Source: Thermoanaerobaculia bacterium
Lineage (GTDB): Bacteria; Acidobacteriota; Thermoanaerobaculia; UBA5066
Direction: 5' to 3'
Length of the DNA stretch: 64,000 nt
Assembly: GCA_963816185.1 (NCBI GenBank)
Contig: CAWFJJ010000029.1
Span: 288,001-352,000, forward strand
Part shown: positions 27,838-36,790 of the stretch, piece after piece
Layout: every line of letters starts with the position of its first letter
How positions within the stretch are numbered: the first letter of the stretch is position 1
Translations under genes and position numbers: made by a program
The notes under the pieces: model-generated
Database searches by the model: none
What the model was told of the DNA's origin: nothing
Seen by the model: the letters and a program-made list of their open reading frames with translations, nothing else

Positions 27838-28604
27838 AACCGATCAGAGCCTTCATCGCCGACGACGAGCCGCTTGCCCGCGAGTGGCTCCGCACGCTGC
27901 TCTCGGAGGAGCCGGGTGTCACGCTCGCCGGTGAGGCCCGGGACGGACGCGAGGCGATCACGGCCTTGAAGGAGACCAAGCCGGACCTCCTCTTCCTCGA
28001 CGTCCAGATGCCGGAGCTCGACGGCTTCGACGTGCTGCGCGGCCTCGACCCCGAGGCTCTTCCCGTCGTCGTCTTCGTCACCGCGTACGACGCGCACGCC
28101 CTGAAAGCGTTCGAGGTCCACGCGCTCGACTACCTCCTGAAGCCGTTCGAACGGGACCGGTTCCGGGTCGCGATGGAACGCGCCCGCGAGCAGCTCGCGC
28201 CCCGGGGCGGGGAAGCCGCGGCCAGGCGTCTCATCGAGCTGCTCGAGTCGCTCGGCGCGAAGGCGCGCGGGCTCGACCGCGTGGCCGTGAAAACCGAAGG
28301 CGTCATCAAGCTCATCAAGCTCTCGGACGTGGACTTCATCGAGGCTGCGGGCCGTTACGTCACGCTCCACGTCGGCAAGGAGCAGCACCTCGTACGCGAG
28401 ACCATGAACGAGCTCGAGGCGAAGCTCGACCCGACGGCCTTCGCGCGCGTTCACCGGTCGGCCATCGTGAACCTCGACCGCGTGAAGGAGCTGAAGACGG
28501 AGAGTCACGGCGAGGTCACGATCGTCCTTCCGGACGGCCGCACGCTGCGCTGGAGCCGCAGCTACCGCGAGCGGCTCGAGGCTCTCCTGGGATCCGCGGA
28601 ATAA
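27834..28604 (+). CDS. LytTR family response regulator
   Basis: ADDEPLAR, FLDVQMP, FVTAYD, DYLLKP, FARVHRSAIVN, SRSY. Confidence 0.95.
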   Translation: MKPIRAFIADDEPLAREWLRTLLSEEPGVTLAGEARDGREAITALKETKPDLLFLDVQMPELDGFDVLRGLDPEALPVVVFVTAYDAHALKAFEVHALDYLLKPFERDRFRVAMERAREQLAPRGGEAAARRLIELLESLGAKARGLDRVAVKTEGVIKLIKLSDVDFIEAAGRYVTLHVGKEQHLVRETMNELEAKLDPTAFARVHRSAIVNLDRVKELKTESHGEVTIVLPDGRTLRWSRSYRERLEALLGSAE

Positions 28605-28720
28605 CTCCGTCGACTTGACCCGGGTCCCCCTTCGGGATCAATCTTCGAGGTGCGCGAGGCCCGAGGCCCGCGACATCAGACCCGCCGGGAGCGAATAAGC
28701 CCCGGCGAAAGGAGCTCCTC

Positions 28721-29212
28721 ATGCATCCTGGATTCATGTCCTGGTGGGCGAGGCACCATGGCCCGTCCGGTTACGAGTACGCCGCCGCAGGTTGCGGCCC
28801 CGGCCGCGCCCGCTGGCACGATACTGAGAGCCGTTTTACCTCGCACGGCGACGAGCCGGGCGGCTTTGGCGGCCCGTTCGGCGTCCGGCGCCCGCTGCGA
28901 TTTCTCGCTTTCAAGCTCGGCCTCGACGACAGCCAGACGGCCGAGCTCGCGGCCATTCTCGACGACCTGAAGACCGAGCGCGCGCAGGCCGCGGTCGACC
29001 ACCGGCGGATGACGTCCGCCGTGGCCGACCTCTTCGCGGCGGCGGCGTTCGACGCCGCGAAAGTCGCCCAGGCCGGCGCCGCGCGCGTCACGAGCGCCAC
29101 GCGCCTCGCGGACGCGCAGGCGAAAGCGCTCCAACGCGTCCACGCGATGCTCGACGACGAGCAGCGGAAGGCGTTCGCGTACTTGCTTCGCACCGGCATC
29201 ATCGCCATCTGA
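28721..29212 (+). CDS. Spy/CpxP / heavy-metal-sensor-like helical protein
   Basis: LGLDDSQ...LDDEQR paired LTxxQ-like motifs; AAAGGAG RBS. Confidence 0.65.
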   Translation: MHPGFMSWWARHHGPSGYEYAAAGCGPGRARWHDTESRFTSHGDEPGGFGGPFGVRRPLRFLAFKLGLDDSQTAELAAILDDLKTERAQAAVDHRRMTSAVADLFAAAAFDAAKVAQAGAARVTSATRLADAQAKALQRVHAMLDDEQRKAFAYLLRTGIIAI

Positions 29213-29281
29213 TCGGATCCTGACGAATCGTCCGCGCGGAGCGTCCTCGGGCGCCGCTCCGCGCGGTTCTACAATGTCTGC

Positions 29282-29818
29282 ATGCATCCGCGGATGGCCG
29301 AGATCGCCGCTTATCTCGACGAAACGCGCGCCGCGATCGTCCGGGCCGTCACGCCCCTTTCGCCGGAAGACGCGGCGCGCCGCCCTTCGCTCGAAGCCTG
29401 GAGCGTCGACGAGATCCTGACGCATCTCTCGCTCGTCGAGCCCGGGGTCGCGAAGAGGGTCGCCAAGAGCGTCGGAAAGGCGAAGGGTGAGGGCCTCGAG
29501 CGCGAGACGTCCGTCGCGTCGGTCCTCGGCTCTCTCGACGGCCTCGAGAGGCTGAACGAAAAGCAGGTCGCGCCGGAATTCGTGGAGCCGAAAGACGTCC
29601 ACTCCAAGTCCGAGGTGCTCGCCGCGCTCGCGCTCTCGCGCGAGAGCCTCCGGCACGCGATGGGGGAGGCCGACGGCTGGGCGCTCGAGAAGGTCGTCGC
29701 CCCGCATCCCCGCCTCGGGACGATCGACATGTACCAGTGGCTCGTCTTCGTGGGGCATCACGAGCGCCGGCATCTCGCCCAGATCGAGCGCACGATCGCC
29801 TCCGTGGCGGGGCGCTGA
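29282..29818 (+). CDS. DinB family protein
   Basis: WSVDEILTHL, HPRLG, HHERRHLAQI. Confidence 0.88.
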   Translation: MHPRMAEIAAYLDETRAAIVRAVTPLSPEDAARRPSLEAWSVDEILTHLSLVEPGVAKRVAKSVGKAKGEGLERETSVASVLGSLDGLERLNEKQVAPEFVEPKDVHSKSEVLAALALSRESLRHAMGEADGWALEKVVAPHPRLGTIDMYQWLVFVGHHERRHLAQIERTIASVAGR

Positions 29819-29856
29819 AGGCGACTCTGCTATCCTCGCCGGTCCGATCGAGTGCG

Positions 29857-29932
29857 GTGGGAGTAGCTCAGTCGGTAGAGCGTCGGATTGTGGTTCCGAA
29901 TGTCGCGGGTTCGACCCCCGTCTTCCACCCCA
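29857..29932 (+). tRNA. tRNA-His (GTG)
   Basis: Acceptor stem GTGGGAG/CTTCCAC, G-1 at 29856 with C73, anticodon arm TCGGA-TTGTGGT-TCCGA, GGTTCGA T-loop, encoded CCA. Confidence 0.97.
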
Positions 29933-29954
29933 GCCATCTTTTTCGAATCCTCGC

Positions 29955-30031
29955 GCGCCCGTAGCTCAGCTGGATAGAGCGTCAGACTCCGGATCTGAAG
30001 GCCTCCGGTTCGAATCCGGACGGGCGCACCA
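29955..30031 (+). tRNA. tRNA-Arg (CCG)
   Basis: Acceptor stem GCGCCCG/CGGGCGC, anticodon arm TCAGA-CTCCGGA-TCTGA, GGTTCGAATCC, encoded CCA. Confidence 0.97.
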
Positions 30032-30133
30032 TGTATCTCCGAAGCCGTATCCTCGGCTTCCAGCGCGTAGGAACGAGCCGGTTTCCGCCGTCGATCCCCC
30101 ACCGAGCGAGGGCGGTGTCGCGGGGGCGTATCA

Positions 30134-30143
30134 GGGCGCACCA
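30134..30143 (+). repeat. att-like copy of the tRNA-Arg 3' end (GGGCGCACCA); a further copy lies at 30564-30573
   Basis: Exact match to 30022-30031; followed by AT-richer ACCTAACCCCCTACCCCATAAGCATTT. Confidence 0.7.
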
Positions 30144-30278
30144 ACCTAACCCCCTACCCCATAAGCATTTCGAACGCGCAGAGATTCAACCTCTCCTGAG
30201 CCGTGCCGCCGACCAGCCGATGGCGGGGGACGGTCGCGAGGGCCTACCTTCCGAAGGGGAGTCTCCAAAGGGGGGAGT

Positions 30279-30500
30279 ATGTGTTGTTCGCTGGTTGGCT
30301 ACCGTATCGCCGCGTTGTTCGTGTGTGTTCTTTTCGCCCCGACCGCCCTGGCCGCAGAGGAAATCGATGTCAAGAGCTGGACGGCTCCTCCGTACTGGAG
30401 GACGCCGGCGGTTTCACCTGACGAACGAAGCGGACGCGATGCCCTCGCTGCGGGGCGCCCATGTATCTCCGAAGCCGTATCCTCGGCTTCCAGCGCGTAG
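30279..30500 (+). pseudogene. Truncated 5' fragment of a paralog of the S74 fibre gene
   Basis: MCCSLVGYRIAALF...EEIDVKSWTAPPYW matches the N-terminus of 30709; homology ends at the repeat junction near 30460. Confidence 0.8.
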
Positions 30501-30708
30501 GAACGAGCCGGTTTCCGCCGTCGATCCCCCACCGAGCGAGGGCGGTGTCGCGGGGGCGTATCAGGGCGCACCAACCTAACCCCCTACCCCATAAGCATTT
30601 CGAACGCGCAGAGATTCAACCTCTCCTGAGCCGTGCCGCCGACCAGCCGATGGCGGGGGACGGTCGCGAGGGCCTACCTTCCGAAGGGGAGTCTCCAAAG
30701 GGGGGAGT

Positions 30709-32688
30709 ATGTGTTGTTCGCTGGCTGGCAACCGTATCGCCGCGTTGTTCGTGTGTGTTCTTCTCGCCCCGACCGCTCTGGTCGCAGAGGAAATCGATGT
30801 CAAGAGCTGGACGGCTCCTCCGTACTGGACGCCGCCAGGGGTTTCACCTGAAGAACAAAGCGGGCGCAGCCCGCTCGCTTCGGGGCGCCAGGCATCGGTA
30901 ACGAGCCCGGTCCCCCTGCCCTTCGTCGCCGTGACGCCGTGCCGCATGGTCGACACCCGCGGCAATGCGCCCATGACGGGCGGTTTCCTGCCTGCCGCAA
31001 TCGTACGAAGCTATACGCTCACCGGCGTCTGCAACATTCCCTCGAACGCCAAGGCGATCTCCCTGAACGCCACGGCCACGAATACCGCCGGTCCTGGGTT
31101 TCTGGAGCTCTGGCCGGAGGGTGAAGCGCTCCCGGGAGTGTCGACGCTGAACTTCGTCGCGGGGCAGACGGTCGCAAATGCTGCCGTCGTCCCCCTGAGC
31201 GCCTCCGGAGGCATCTCGATGGTGTTTGGCGTCTCGGGCGCCGATGTCATTCTGGACACGAACGGCTACTACTCGCCTCTGGGAGTCGTCAACAGCCTGA
31301 ACGGGCAGGCAGGCGCCCTGACTCTCGCAGCGGGAGCCAACGTATCCATCACGCCCTCGGCCAACACGCTCACGATCGCCGCGGTCGCAGGAGGTCCGCC
31401 GACCGGGCCGGCGGGAGGGGCCCTTACGGGGACGTACCCGAACCCGGGGATTGCCAGCGGGCTGTTCGCGAGCCTCGCCGCCAACACATTCACCGGGACA
31501 CAGACGATCAGCGGCGGGAACCTGGCTCTGCCGGCGACCTCCGGCAGCACGGGGGGTGTCCTGACCTTGGGCGGGCAGAGCTACCTGCACGCATTCGGGG
31601 GCGCGACGAACACGTTCGTGGGCGGGCAGGCGGGCGGACTGTTTGCGACGACGGGGATGGCCAATACGGCGGTGGGGTATCTGAGCCTGCAGTCCAATAC
31701 AACCGGCCATGACAACGTGGCGGTCGGAAGCGATTCGCTGACCGGGAACAGCACCGGCATTGGCAACGTGGCGGTCGGAAGCGATTCGCTGACCGGGAAC
31801 AGCACCGGCAGTTACAACTCGGCGTTCGGGTATCAGAGCCTGCTCGTGAGCACGGACGGTTCGTACAACTCGGCGTTCGGCAGAGGCAGCCTGCTGTACA
31901 ACACGACTGGCCGTTCCAACGTGGCGTTCGGATATGGCAGCCTGCAGAGAAACACGACCGGCGGGTTCAACGTGGCCCTCGGCTTTCTTGCCGGCGAACA
32001 GAACACCACCGGGAGCTACAACACTTTCGTCGGAAACTTCGCGGGGCCTGATGCTGGACACCCCGCCCTCACATATTCCGGCGCCATCGGCGCCGGGGCC
32101 GTGGTGGCGCAGAGCAACTCGATCGTCCTCGGGGGCGTCGCTGGATCAGTCCAACAAGTGAACGTCGGCATCGGCACTTCGTCGCCGAACACGACGCTTC
32201 AGGTCGTGGGCGACGTCAGGGTCGGAACCAGCGGCACGAACGGCTGCCTGAAGAACTTCGCCGGCACCGGAATCGCCGGCGTCTGCTCGTCCGATGCGCG
32301 ACTCAAGACGAACGTACGGCCCTTCGAGCCGATGCTCGACCGCGTCGCGAGGCTGCGGCCGGTACGGTTCAACTGGAAGACCGAGCAGTTTCCCGAGTAT
32401 CACTTTGGCGTGGGGCTGAATTCCGGGCTGATCGGGCAGGAGGTCGAGCAAGTCTTCCCCGAGATGGTGACTGCCGACGAGCGCGGCTACAAGATGGTGG
32501 ATTACAGCGTGCTGCCATACCTGACACTGGCGGCCGTGCGGGAGCAGCAGGCGCAGATCGAGGCGCAGAGGGCAGAGATAGACGGTCTCAAAGCCAAGCT
32601 CCTGGAGAGTGAAGGCGCGATGGCGGCGGTGAGGGAGCTGGGGGCGCGACTTGCACGGGCCGAGGCTCGGTTAGCCGAGACCCGATAA
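30709..32688 (+). CDS. Secreted tail-fibre-like protein with Gly/Asn/Thr repeats and a C-terminal peptidase S74 intramolecular chaperone
   Basis: Signal peptide; FVAVTPCRMVDTR...DVILDTNGYY domain; 17-aa N.A.G..SL..NTTG repeats; SSDARLKTNV, LRPVRFNWK, GLIGQEVEQVFPEMV, VDYS; coiled-coil tail. Confidence 0.88.
   Translation: MCCSLAGNRIAALFVCVLLAPTALVAEEIDVKSWTAPPYWTPPGVSPEEQSGRSPLASGRQASVTSPVPLPFVAVTPCRMVDTRGNAPMTGGFLPAAIVRSYTLTGVCNIPSNAKAISLNATATNTAGPGFLELWPEGEALPGVSTLNFVAGQTVANAAVVPLSASGGISMVFGVSGADVILDTNGYYSPLGVVNSLNGQAGALTLAAGANVSITPSANTLTIAAVAGGPPTGPAGGALTGTYPNPGIASGLFASLAANTFTGTQTISGGNLALPATSGSTGGVLTLGGQSYLHAFGGATNTFVGGQAGGLFATTGMANTAVGYLSLQSNTTGHDNVAVGSDSLTGNSTGIGNVAVGSDSLTGNSTGSYNSAFGYQSLLVSTDGSYNSAFGRGSLLYNTTGRSNVAFGYGSLQRNTTGGFNVALGFLAGEQNTTGSYNTFVGNFAGPDAGHPALTYSGAIGAGAVVAQSNSIVLGGVAGSVQQVNVGIGTSSPNTTLQVVGDVRVGTSGTNGCLKNFAGTGIAGVCSSDARLKTNVRPFEPMLDRVARLRPVRFNWKTEQFPEYHFGVGLNSGLIGQEVEQVFPEMVTADERGYKMVDYSVLPYLTLAAVREQQAQIEAQRAEIDGLKAKLLESEGAMAAVRELGARLARAEARLAETR
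31713..31810 (+). repeat. Intragenic direct repeat, 47 bp identical with a 51-bp period
   Basis: CAACGTGGCGGTCGGAAGCGATTCGCTGACCGGGAACAGCACCGGCA at 31713 and 31764. Confidence 0.9.
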
Positions 32689-32827
32689 ACGCGCGGGCCG
32701 CCGGTTCTAAACCGAAAGGACACACCAATTTTCGCGAAGGATCAAGCGACGGGGCTCATCAAGCGACGTTGCACGTAGCGCCTGGCCAGCCTATATTGCT
32801 GCAACGCGAGTTTCCGTCTTCGGCGTC

Positions 32828-33430
32828 GTGCTCCTGCTCACGATCCACCCTGTTGGCGCGCAGAATCTCCTGCCCGATCCCTCGTTCGCGAGCGGCGTCA
32901 GCGGTTGGACGGCCAGCGGCGCGAGCCAGGCGATGTTCCAATGGGTCGATCTGGCCGGGTCCGACGGAGTCGCCGGCTTCGCCCGACTTCAGGTGTTGGG
33001 CCCCGGTACCGTTGTCGCATCTGTCTGCGTGCCCGTGGTCGGGGGGAAAACGTACAGCTGGGGCGCTTCGTTCTTTCCGAGGTCGGCCAGCGGGCAGGTC
33101 ATTCTGGACTTCTATTCAAATGACTCCTGCCTGGGGCTGACGCTCGTGGGGGAGACGTCCGGCCCCTCGACGATCACGTTGGGTGACTGGCAGTTCGAGC
33201 CGGGACCCGACGTCATGGTGCCCGCGTCGGCGGGGAGTGTTATGTACCGAGTTATGGGAACGGCCCCGGGCAACGCGATCGGGGTGGTCGACGTCGACAA
33301 CGTTTATTTCGGCCTCCAGGGGACGCGGCCCCCCGGAGTGCAGGGCGTGCCCGCGCTCTCGTGGCCGGCGGTTTTCCTCCTCGCGGCAGCGCTGGCGACC
33401 GTAGGCCTGCGTGTAATGCCGCACGCCTGA
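32828..33430 (+). CDS. Secreted beta-sandwich protein with an IPTL-CTERM-like sorting signal (true start possibly further upstream)
   Basis: AQNLLPDPSF..G.SGW N-terminus (CBM-like), VDNVYF, C-terminal VPALSWPAVFLLAAALATVGLRVM. Confidence 0.7.
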   Translation: MLLLTIHPVGAQNLLPDPSFASGVSGWTASGASQAMFQWVDLAGSDGVAGFARLQVLGPGTVVASVCVPVVGGKTYSWGASFFPRSASGQVILDFYSNDSCLGLTLVGETSGPSTITLGDWQFEPGPDVMVPASAGSVMYRVMGTAPGNAIGVVDVDNVYFGLQGTRPPGVQGVPALSWPAVFLLAAALATVGLRVMPHA

Positions 33431-33692
33431 CGCGCGACATCCAGAACGTCCGCTTTTTGTCCGTGTACCCCTGCCGAAAGGACGCGAAGGAAGGCCCGGC
33501 GCACGTTCTTCCGGTGCTGCGCCTAGGCCGCAGCGTCCTCGAGGATCGAGGAGAACGTGCTACGTCAAGCGAAAATGAACAGGGGGCCGCTTATGCGTCT
33601 GGCCCCATGGGCAGGCGAATTTCGCTGATGGCCTGGAAGTCCTACCTTCGGAACTTGACGACATTAGCCAAACCGCCGGCTCGTGGCATAAA

Positions 33693-33965
33693 ATGAGAGC
33701 CTTGGAAATCGAGGACGGCGCGAAGCCCGAAGACTGCGCACACCCAAATGCCACCTTGAGCGACGAGTGTGCAGCACTCCGAAAGAGGGTCGAGGAACTC
33801 GAGGAGAAGCTCGCCAGGGCGGAATCTATCGTCCGCCGCCTGCCGTTTCTTTACCGAGGAGACGGAGACGAACCAATCTGCACGAATTGCTGGAAGGTGG
33901 ACCAGCGAGTCGTCGAGATGAGTTTCCTCTGTAGCGTATGCGGCACCCTCGAAAAGGACCGGTGA
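33693..33965 (+). CDS. Small hypothetical coiled-coil + zinc-ribbon protein
   Basis: LRKRVEELEEKLA heptads; CTNC...CSVC. Confidence 0.5.
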   Translation: MRALEIEDGAKPEDCAHPNATLSDECAALRKRVEELEEKLARAESIVRRLPFLYRGDGDEPICTNCWKVDQRVVEMSFLCSVCGTLEKDR

Positions 33966-34156
33966 GCAGCTGAGCAGCATCGTGGTCTCTGCATACGGGG
34001 CCGAGCCCGTTCCTAATTCTTACGCCCGAAGTAGCGCTCCTAGAGGACCGACCTCTCATAGCGGCAGATAACGCTCCCCATCGCTGGGTGAGGTTGTCTG
34101 GTGGCCGGTAGGTTTCTGTGCGAGGTCGTTCGGGCCTAGACTGTAGGCGTTTCATC

Positions 34157-34549
34157 GTGAGCGGAACGACGGGTCTACCGGAACGTTTCGAGATCGGCGA
34201 AGGCCATGCACTCTTTCGCCCGGAGCGGAACGTCTCGTTCCACGAAGCGGGCGAGGTGTTGAGCCAGGCGATCGTTTATTGCCGCGAGAACGGGATCCGG
34301 AGGCTCCTCATCGACACGACGAAGCTGACCGGGTTCGGGCCGATCGGGACCGCCGAGCGGTTCGCGATCGGCGAAACGCTTGCGCGCGCCGCGATGGCCG
34401 CCGTCAAGATCGCCATGGTGGTGAGACCGGAGCTGCTCGACCCGGCGCTGTTCGGAATCACGGTTGCGAGAAACCGGGGTCTTTTCGCGAATGGCTTCAC
34501 GTCCGAGTCCGAGGCATTGAAATGGCTCCTCGACCCGAACGCCGAGTGA
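34157..34549 (+). CDS. STAS/SpoIIAA-like hypothetical protein
   Basis: RRLLIDTT...ERFAIGE...KIAMVV...VARNRG...FTSESEALKWL; GTGA overlap with the kinase gene. Confidence 0.65.
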   Translation: MSGTTGLPERFEIGEGHALFRPERNVSFHEAGEVLSQAIVYCRENGIRRLLIDTTKLTGFGPIGTAERFAIGETLARAAMAAVKIAMVVRPELLDPALFGITVARNRGLFANGFTSESEALKWLLDPNAE

Positions 34550-36033
34550 AGGCGCGCGCTTCTCGAAAGAGCGTAACGGCGCGTAAGCGCGCCGCGGCGG
34601 ACCGGCGGCGCCTCGAGCGCGCGCAGGTGGAGAAGAGCGAGTTTCTCGATCGCCTTCTCGAGCACGCGCCGATCCCCATTTACGCGGTCGATGCCGAGGG
34701 TCGCATTCTGATGGTGAACAAGGCCTGGGCTGAGATGACGTCGGTCGCGCAAGAGGACGCGCGGGGCCGCCTGCACCGCGATCTCTTTCCGCCGACGGTC
34801 AAGCGAGTGTCCGAAGACGTCACCTCCCGGGTCTTCGGGGGCGAATCCATCGTGAGCGAGGATGTCTTCGAGACGCCGGACGGAAAGCGGTATTTCCTGA
34901 CTGCGAGGTTTCCGCTCCGCGGAGTCTCGCGCCGCGTGGAGGCCATGGGCGGAATCGGGTTCGAGACGACCGAGCGGAGGCGCATGGCGGACGAGCTCGT
35001 CGCGTCCGAGGAACGCTACCGGTTCCTCTTCGAGCGCAATCCGCTTCCCATGTGGGTCTACGACCGCGAGACGCTCCACTTTTTGGCCGTGAACGAGGCG
35101 GCGGTGCGTCATTACGGCTACTCCCGCGAGGAGTTCCGGTCCATGACCGTGGTCGACATCCGGCCCGAAGAGGAACAGCCGCGGCTCAGGGAGGAGGTCC
35201 GAGACATCGAGGGCTACCGGTTCAGCGGGCGCTGGAAGCTCAGGAAGAAGGACGGGTCGATCGTGAACGTCGAGATCCTGTCGCATGACATCCCGTTCGC
35301 GGAGCGGCCGGCGCGCGTCGTCCTCGCGAACGACGTGACGGAGCGCCTCGCAGCCGAAGAAGGACTGCGGCGCTCGTACGACGAGCTGCGGGCCCTGTCG
35401 GCGCGGCTCGAGTCCGTGCGCGAGGAGGAGTCGACGCGCATCGCGCGCGAGGTCCACGACGAAGTCGGGCAGGCTCTGACCGCGCTCAAGATGGATGTCG
35501 CCGAGGTCGAGCGTGGCCTCGCGGCGCGGGGCGGCGCGCCCAAGGCGGTGACGGGAACCCTTGCCGCGATGGGCCGCATGCTCGACGACACGATGGACGT
35601 CGTCCACCGCATCTCCACGGAGCTGCGCCCGGGCGTCCTGGACGAGCTCGGCCTCGAGGAGGCGGTCGAGTGGCAGCTCGAGGAGTTCCGCAAGCGGACG
35701 GGGATCGTCTGTCGTTTCGAGACTGGGTTCGTCGGAGCGTCGATCGAGAGGGCCGTCTCGACGGCCGTCTTTCGCGTGCTCCAGGAGCTCCTGACGAACG
35801 TCGTGCGGCATGCGCGCGCGAGCACCGTCCACGTTCGCCTTTCCGCCGGAGACGGCCGCCTCGCCCTCGAGGTCAGGGACGACGGCTGCGGGATCCCCTC
35901 GGGCCACGTTTACGCGCCGCGGTCGTTCGGCCTGCTCGGCATCCGCGAGCGCGTGACGAACGTCGGGGGAACCGTCGCCATTCAGGGAGAGCCGGGACGG
36001 GGCACCGTCGTCAGCGTCTCGATTCCCCTATGA
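34546..36033 (+). CDS. Dual-PAS sensor histidine kinase (HisKA_3, NarX/UhpB type)
   Basis: RIAREVHDEVGQALTAL, QELLTNVVRHARA, DDGCG, FGLLGIRER. Confidence 0.93.
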   Translation: MKARASRKSVTARKRAAADRRRLERAQVEKSEFLDRLLEHAPIPIYAVDAEGRILMVNKAWAEMTSVAQEDARGRLHRDLFPPTVKRVSEDVTSRVFGGESIVSEDVFETPDGKRYFLTARFPLRGVSRRVEAMGGIGFETTERRRMADELVASEERYRFLFERNPLPMWVYDRETLHFLAVNEAAVRHYGYSREEFRSMTVVDIRPEEEQPRLREEVRDIEGYRFSGRWKLRKKDGSIVNVEILSHDIPFAERPARVVLANDVTERLAAEEGLRRSYDELRALSARLESVREEESTRIAREVHDEVGQALTALKMDVAEVERGLAARGGAPKAVTGTLAAMGRMLDDTMDVVHRISTELRPGVLDELGLEEAVEWQLEEFRKRTGIVCRFETGFVGASIERAVSTAVFRVLQELLTNVVRHARASTVHVRLSAGDGRLALEVRDDGCGIPSGHVYAPRSFGLLGIRERVTNVGGTVAIQGEPGRGTVVSVSIPL

Positions 36034-36662
36034 CGCACATCCTCCTGGCCGACGACCATGCGCTGTTCCGCCAGGGGCTCGAGCGGGTGCTGGCGGAGGG
36101 CTTCAAGGACGCGACGTTCGGCCATGCGGGAGACACCGTCGCGGCGCTCCGGCTCGTCCAGGAGGAGACCTGGGACATTGTCGTCCTCGACATTTCGTTC
36201 GCGGGCCGCAGCGGCCTCGATCTCCTGAAGGAGATCAAGCGCGTGCGTCCGAAGCTGCCGGTTCTGATCCTGAGCATGCATCCGGAGAAGCAGTTCGCCG
36301 TGCGCGCGCTCAAGGCGGGCGCGGCCGGCTACGTGACGAAAAAGGTGGTTTCCGAGGAGCTCCTGAGCGCCGTGAGGCGGGTCGTCGGCGGCGGCCGATG
36401 GGTGACGCAGGAGGTCGCTGAGCGGCTCGCGGCCGAGGTCTCTCTTCCCGCGGAGAAGCTGCCGCACGAGCTCCTCTCGGACCGGGAGTTCCACGTGTTC
36501 CGGCTCCTGGCGGGGGGAGCGACGGTGAAGGCGATCGCGGCGGAGCTCGCCATCAGCGTCCAGACCGTCAGCACGTATCGCGCGCGCATCATGGAGAAGA
36601 TGCATCTCGAAACGAACGCCGACCTCACGCAATACGCGCTCGGCTACGGCCTGATCGGCTGA
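36030..36662 (+). CDS. NarL/UvrY family response regulator (REC + LuxR HTH)
   Basis: LADDHALFRQGL, LSMHPE, LSDREFHVF, TVSTYRARIMEK. Confidence 0.95.
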   Translation: MTHILLADDHALFRQGLERVLAEGFKDATFGHAGDTVAALRLVQEETWDIVVLDISFAGRSGLDLLKEIKRVRPKLPVLILSMHPEKQFAVRALKAGAAGYVTKKVVSEELLSAVRRVVGGGRWVTQEVAERLAAEVSLPAEKLPHELLSDREFHVFRLLAGGATVKAIAAELAISVQTVSTYRARIMEKMHLETNADLTQYALGYGLIG

Positions 36663-36673
36663 CGGCCGCTCGG

Positions 36674-36692
36674 CGTCGTACTCCGTACGACG
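36674..36692. promoter_or_regulatory. Palindromic operator CGTCGTAC-N3-GTACGACG upstream of the REC gene
   Basis: Perfect 8-bp inverted repeat, conserved in the paralogous upstream region at 55940-55958. Confidence 0.65.
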
Positions 36693-36790
36693 TCAATTCC
36701 GGTCAAAGCACGGCACGAAATCCGTTGGCCCGCTGATTCCGGCGATGGCCGGCCCTCCCTACTCTTCGCCCGGCCAAGGAGAGTGGGAGC

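Larger units (their letters stand above)
30029..30888 (+). repeat. 430-bp tandem duplication starting at the tRNA-Arg CCA
   Basis: 30029-30458 vs 30459-30888; identical for the first 266 bp, then increasingly diverged in the coding part. Confidence 0.95.

Noticed and set aside
30029-30888. CRISPR array or IS element as the explanation for the repeats
   Set aside because: Only two long units; no repeat-spacer periodicity, cas genes, terminal inverted repeats or transposase
33470-33530. c-di-GMP-I riboswitch-like words (GAAAGGACGCGAAG); also GGCAAAC at 18546 and 40691
   Set aside because: The paired P1/P2 architecture and spacing could not be built by eye; a Rfam scan would be needed
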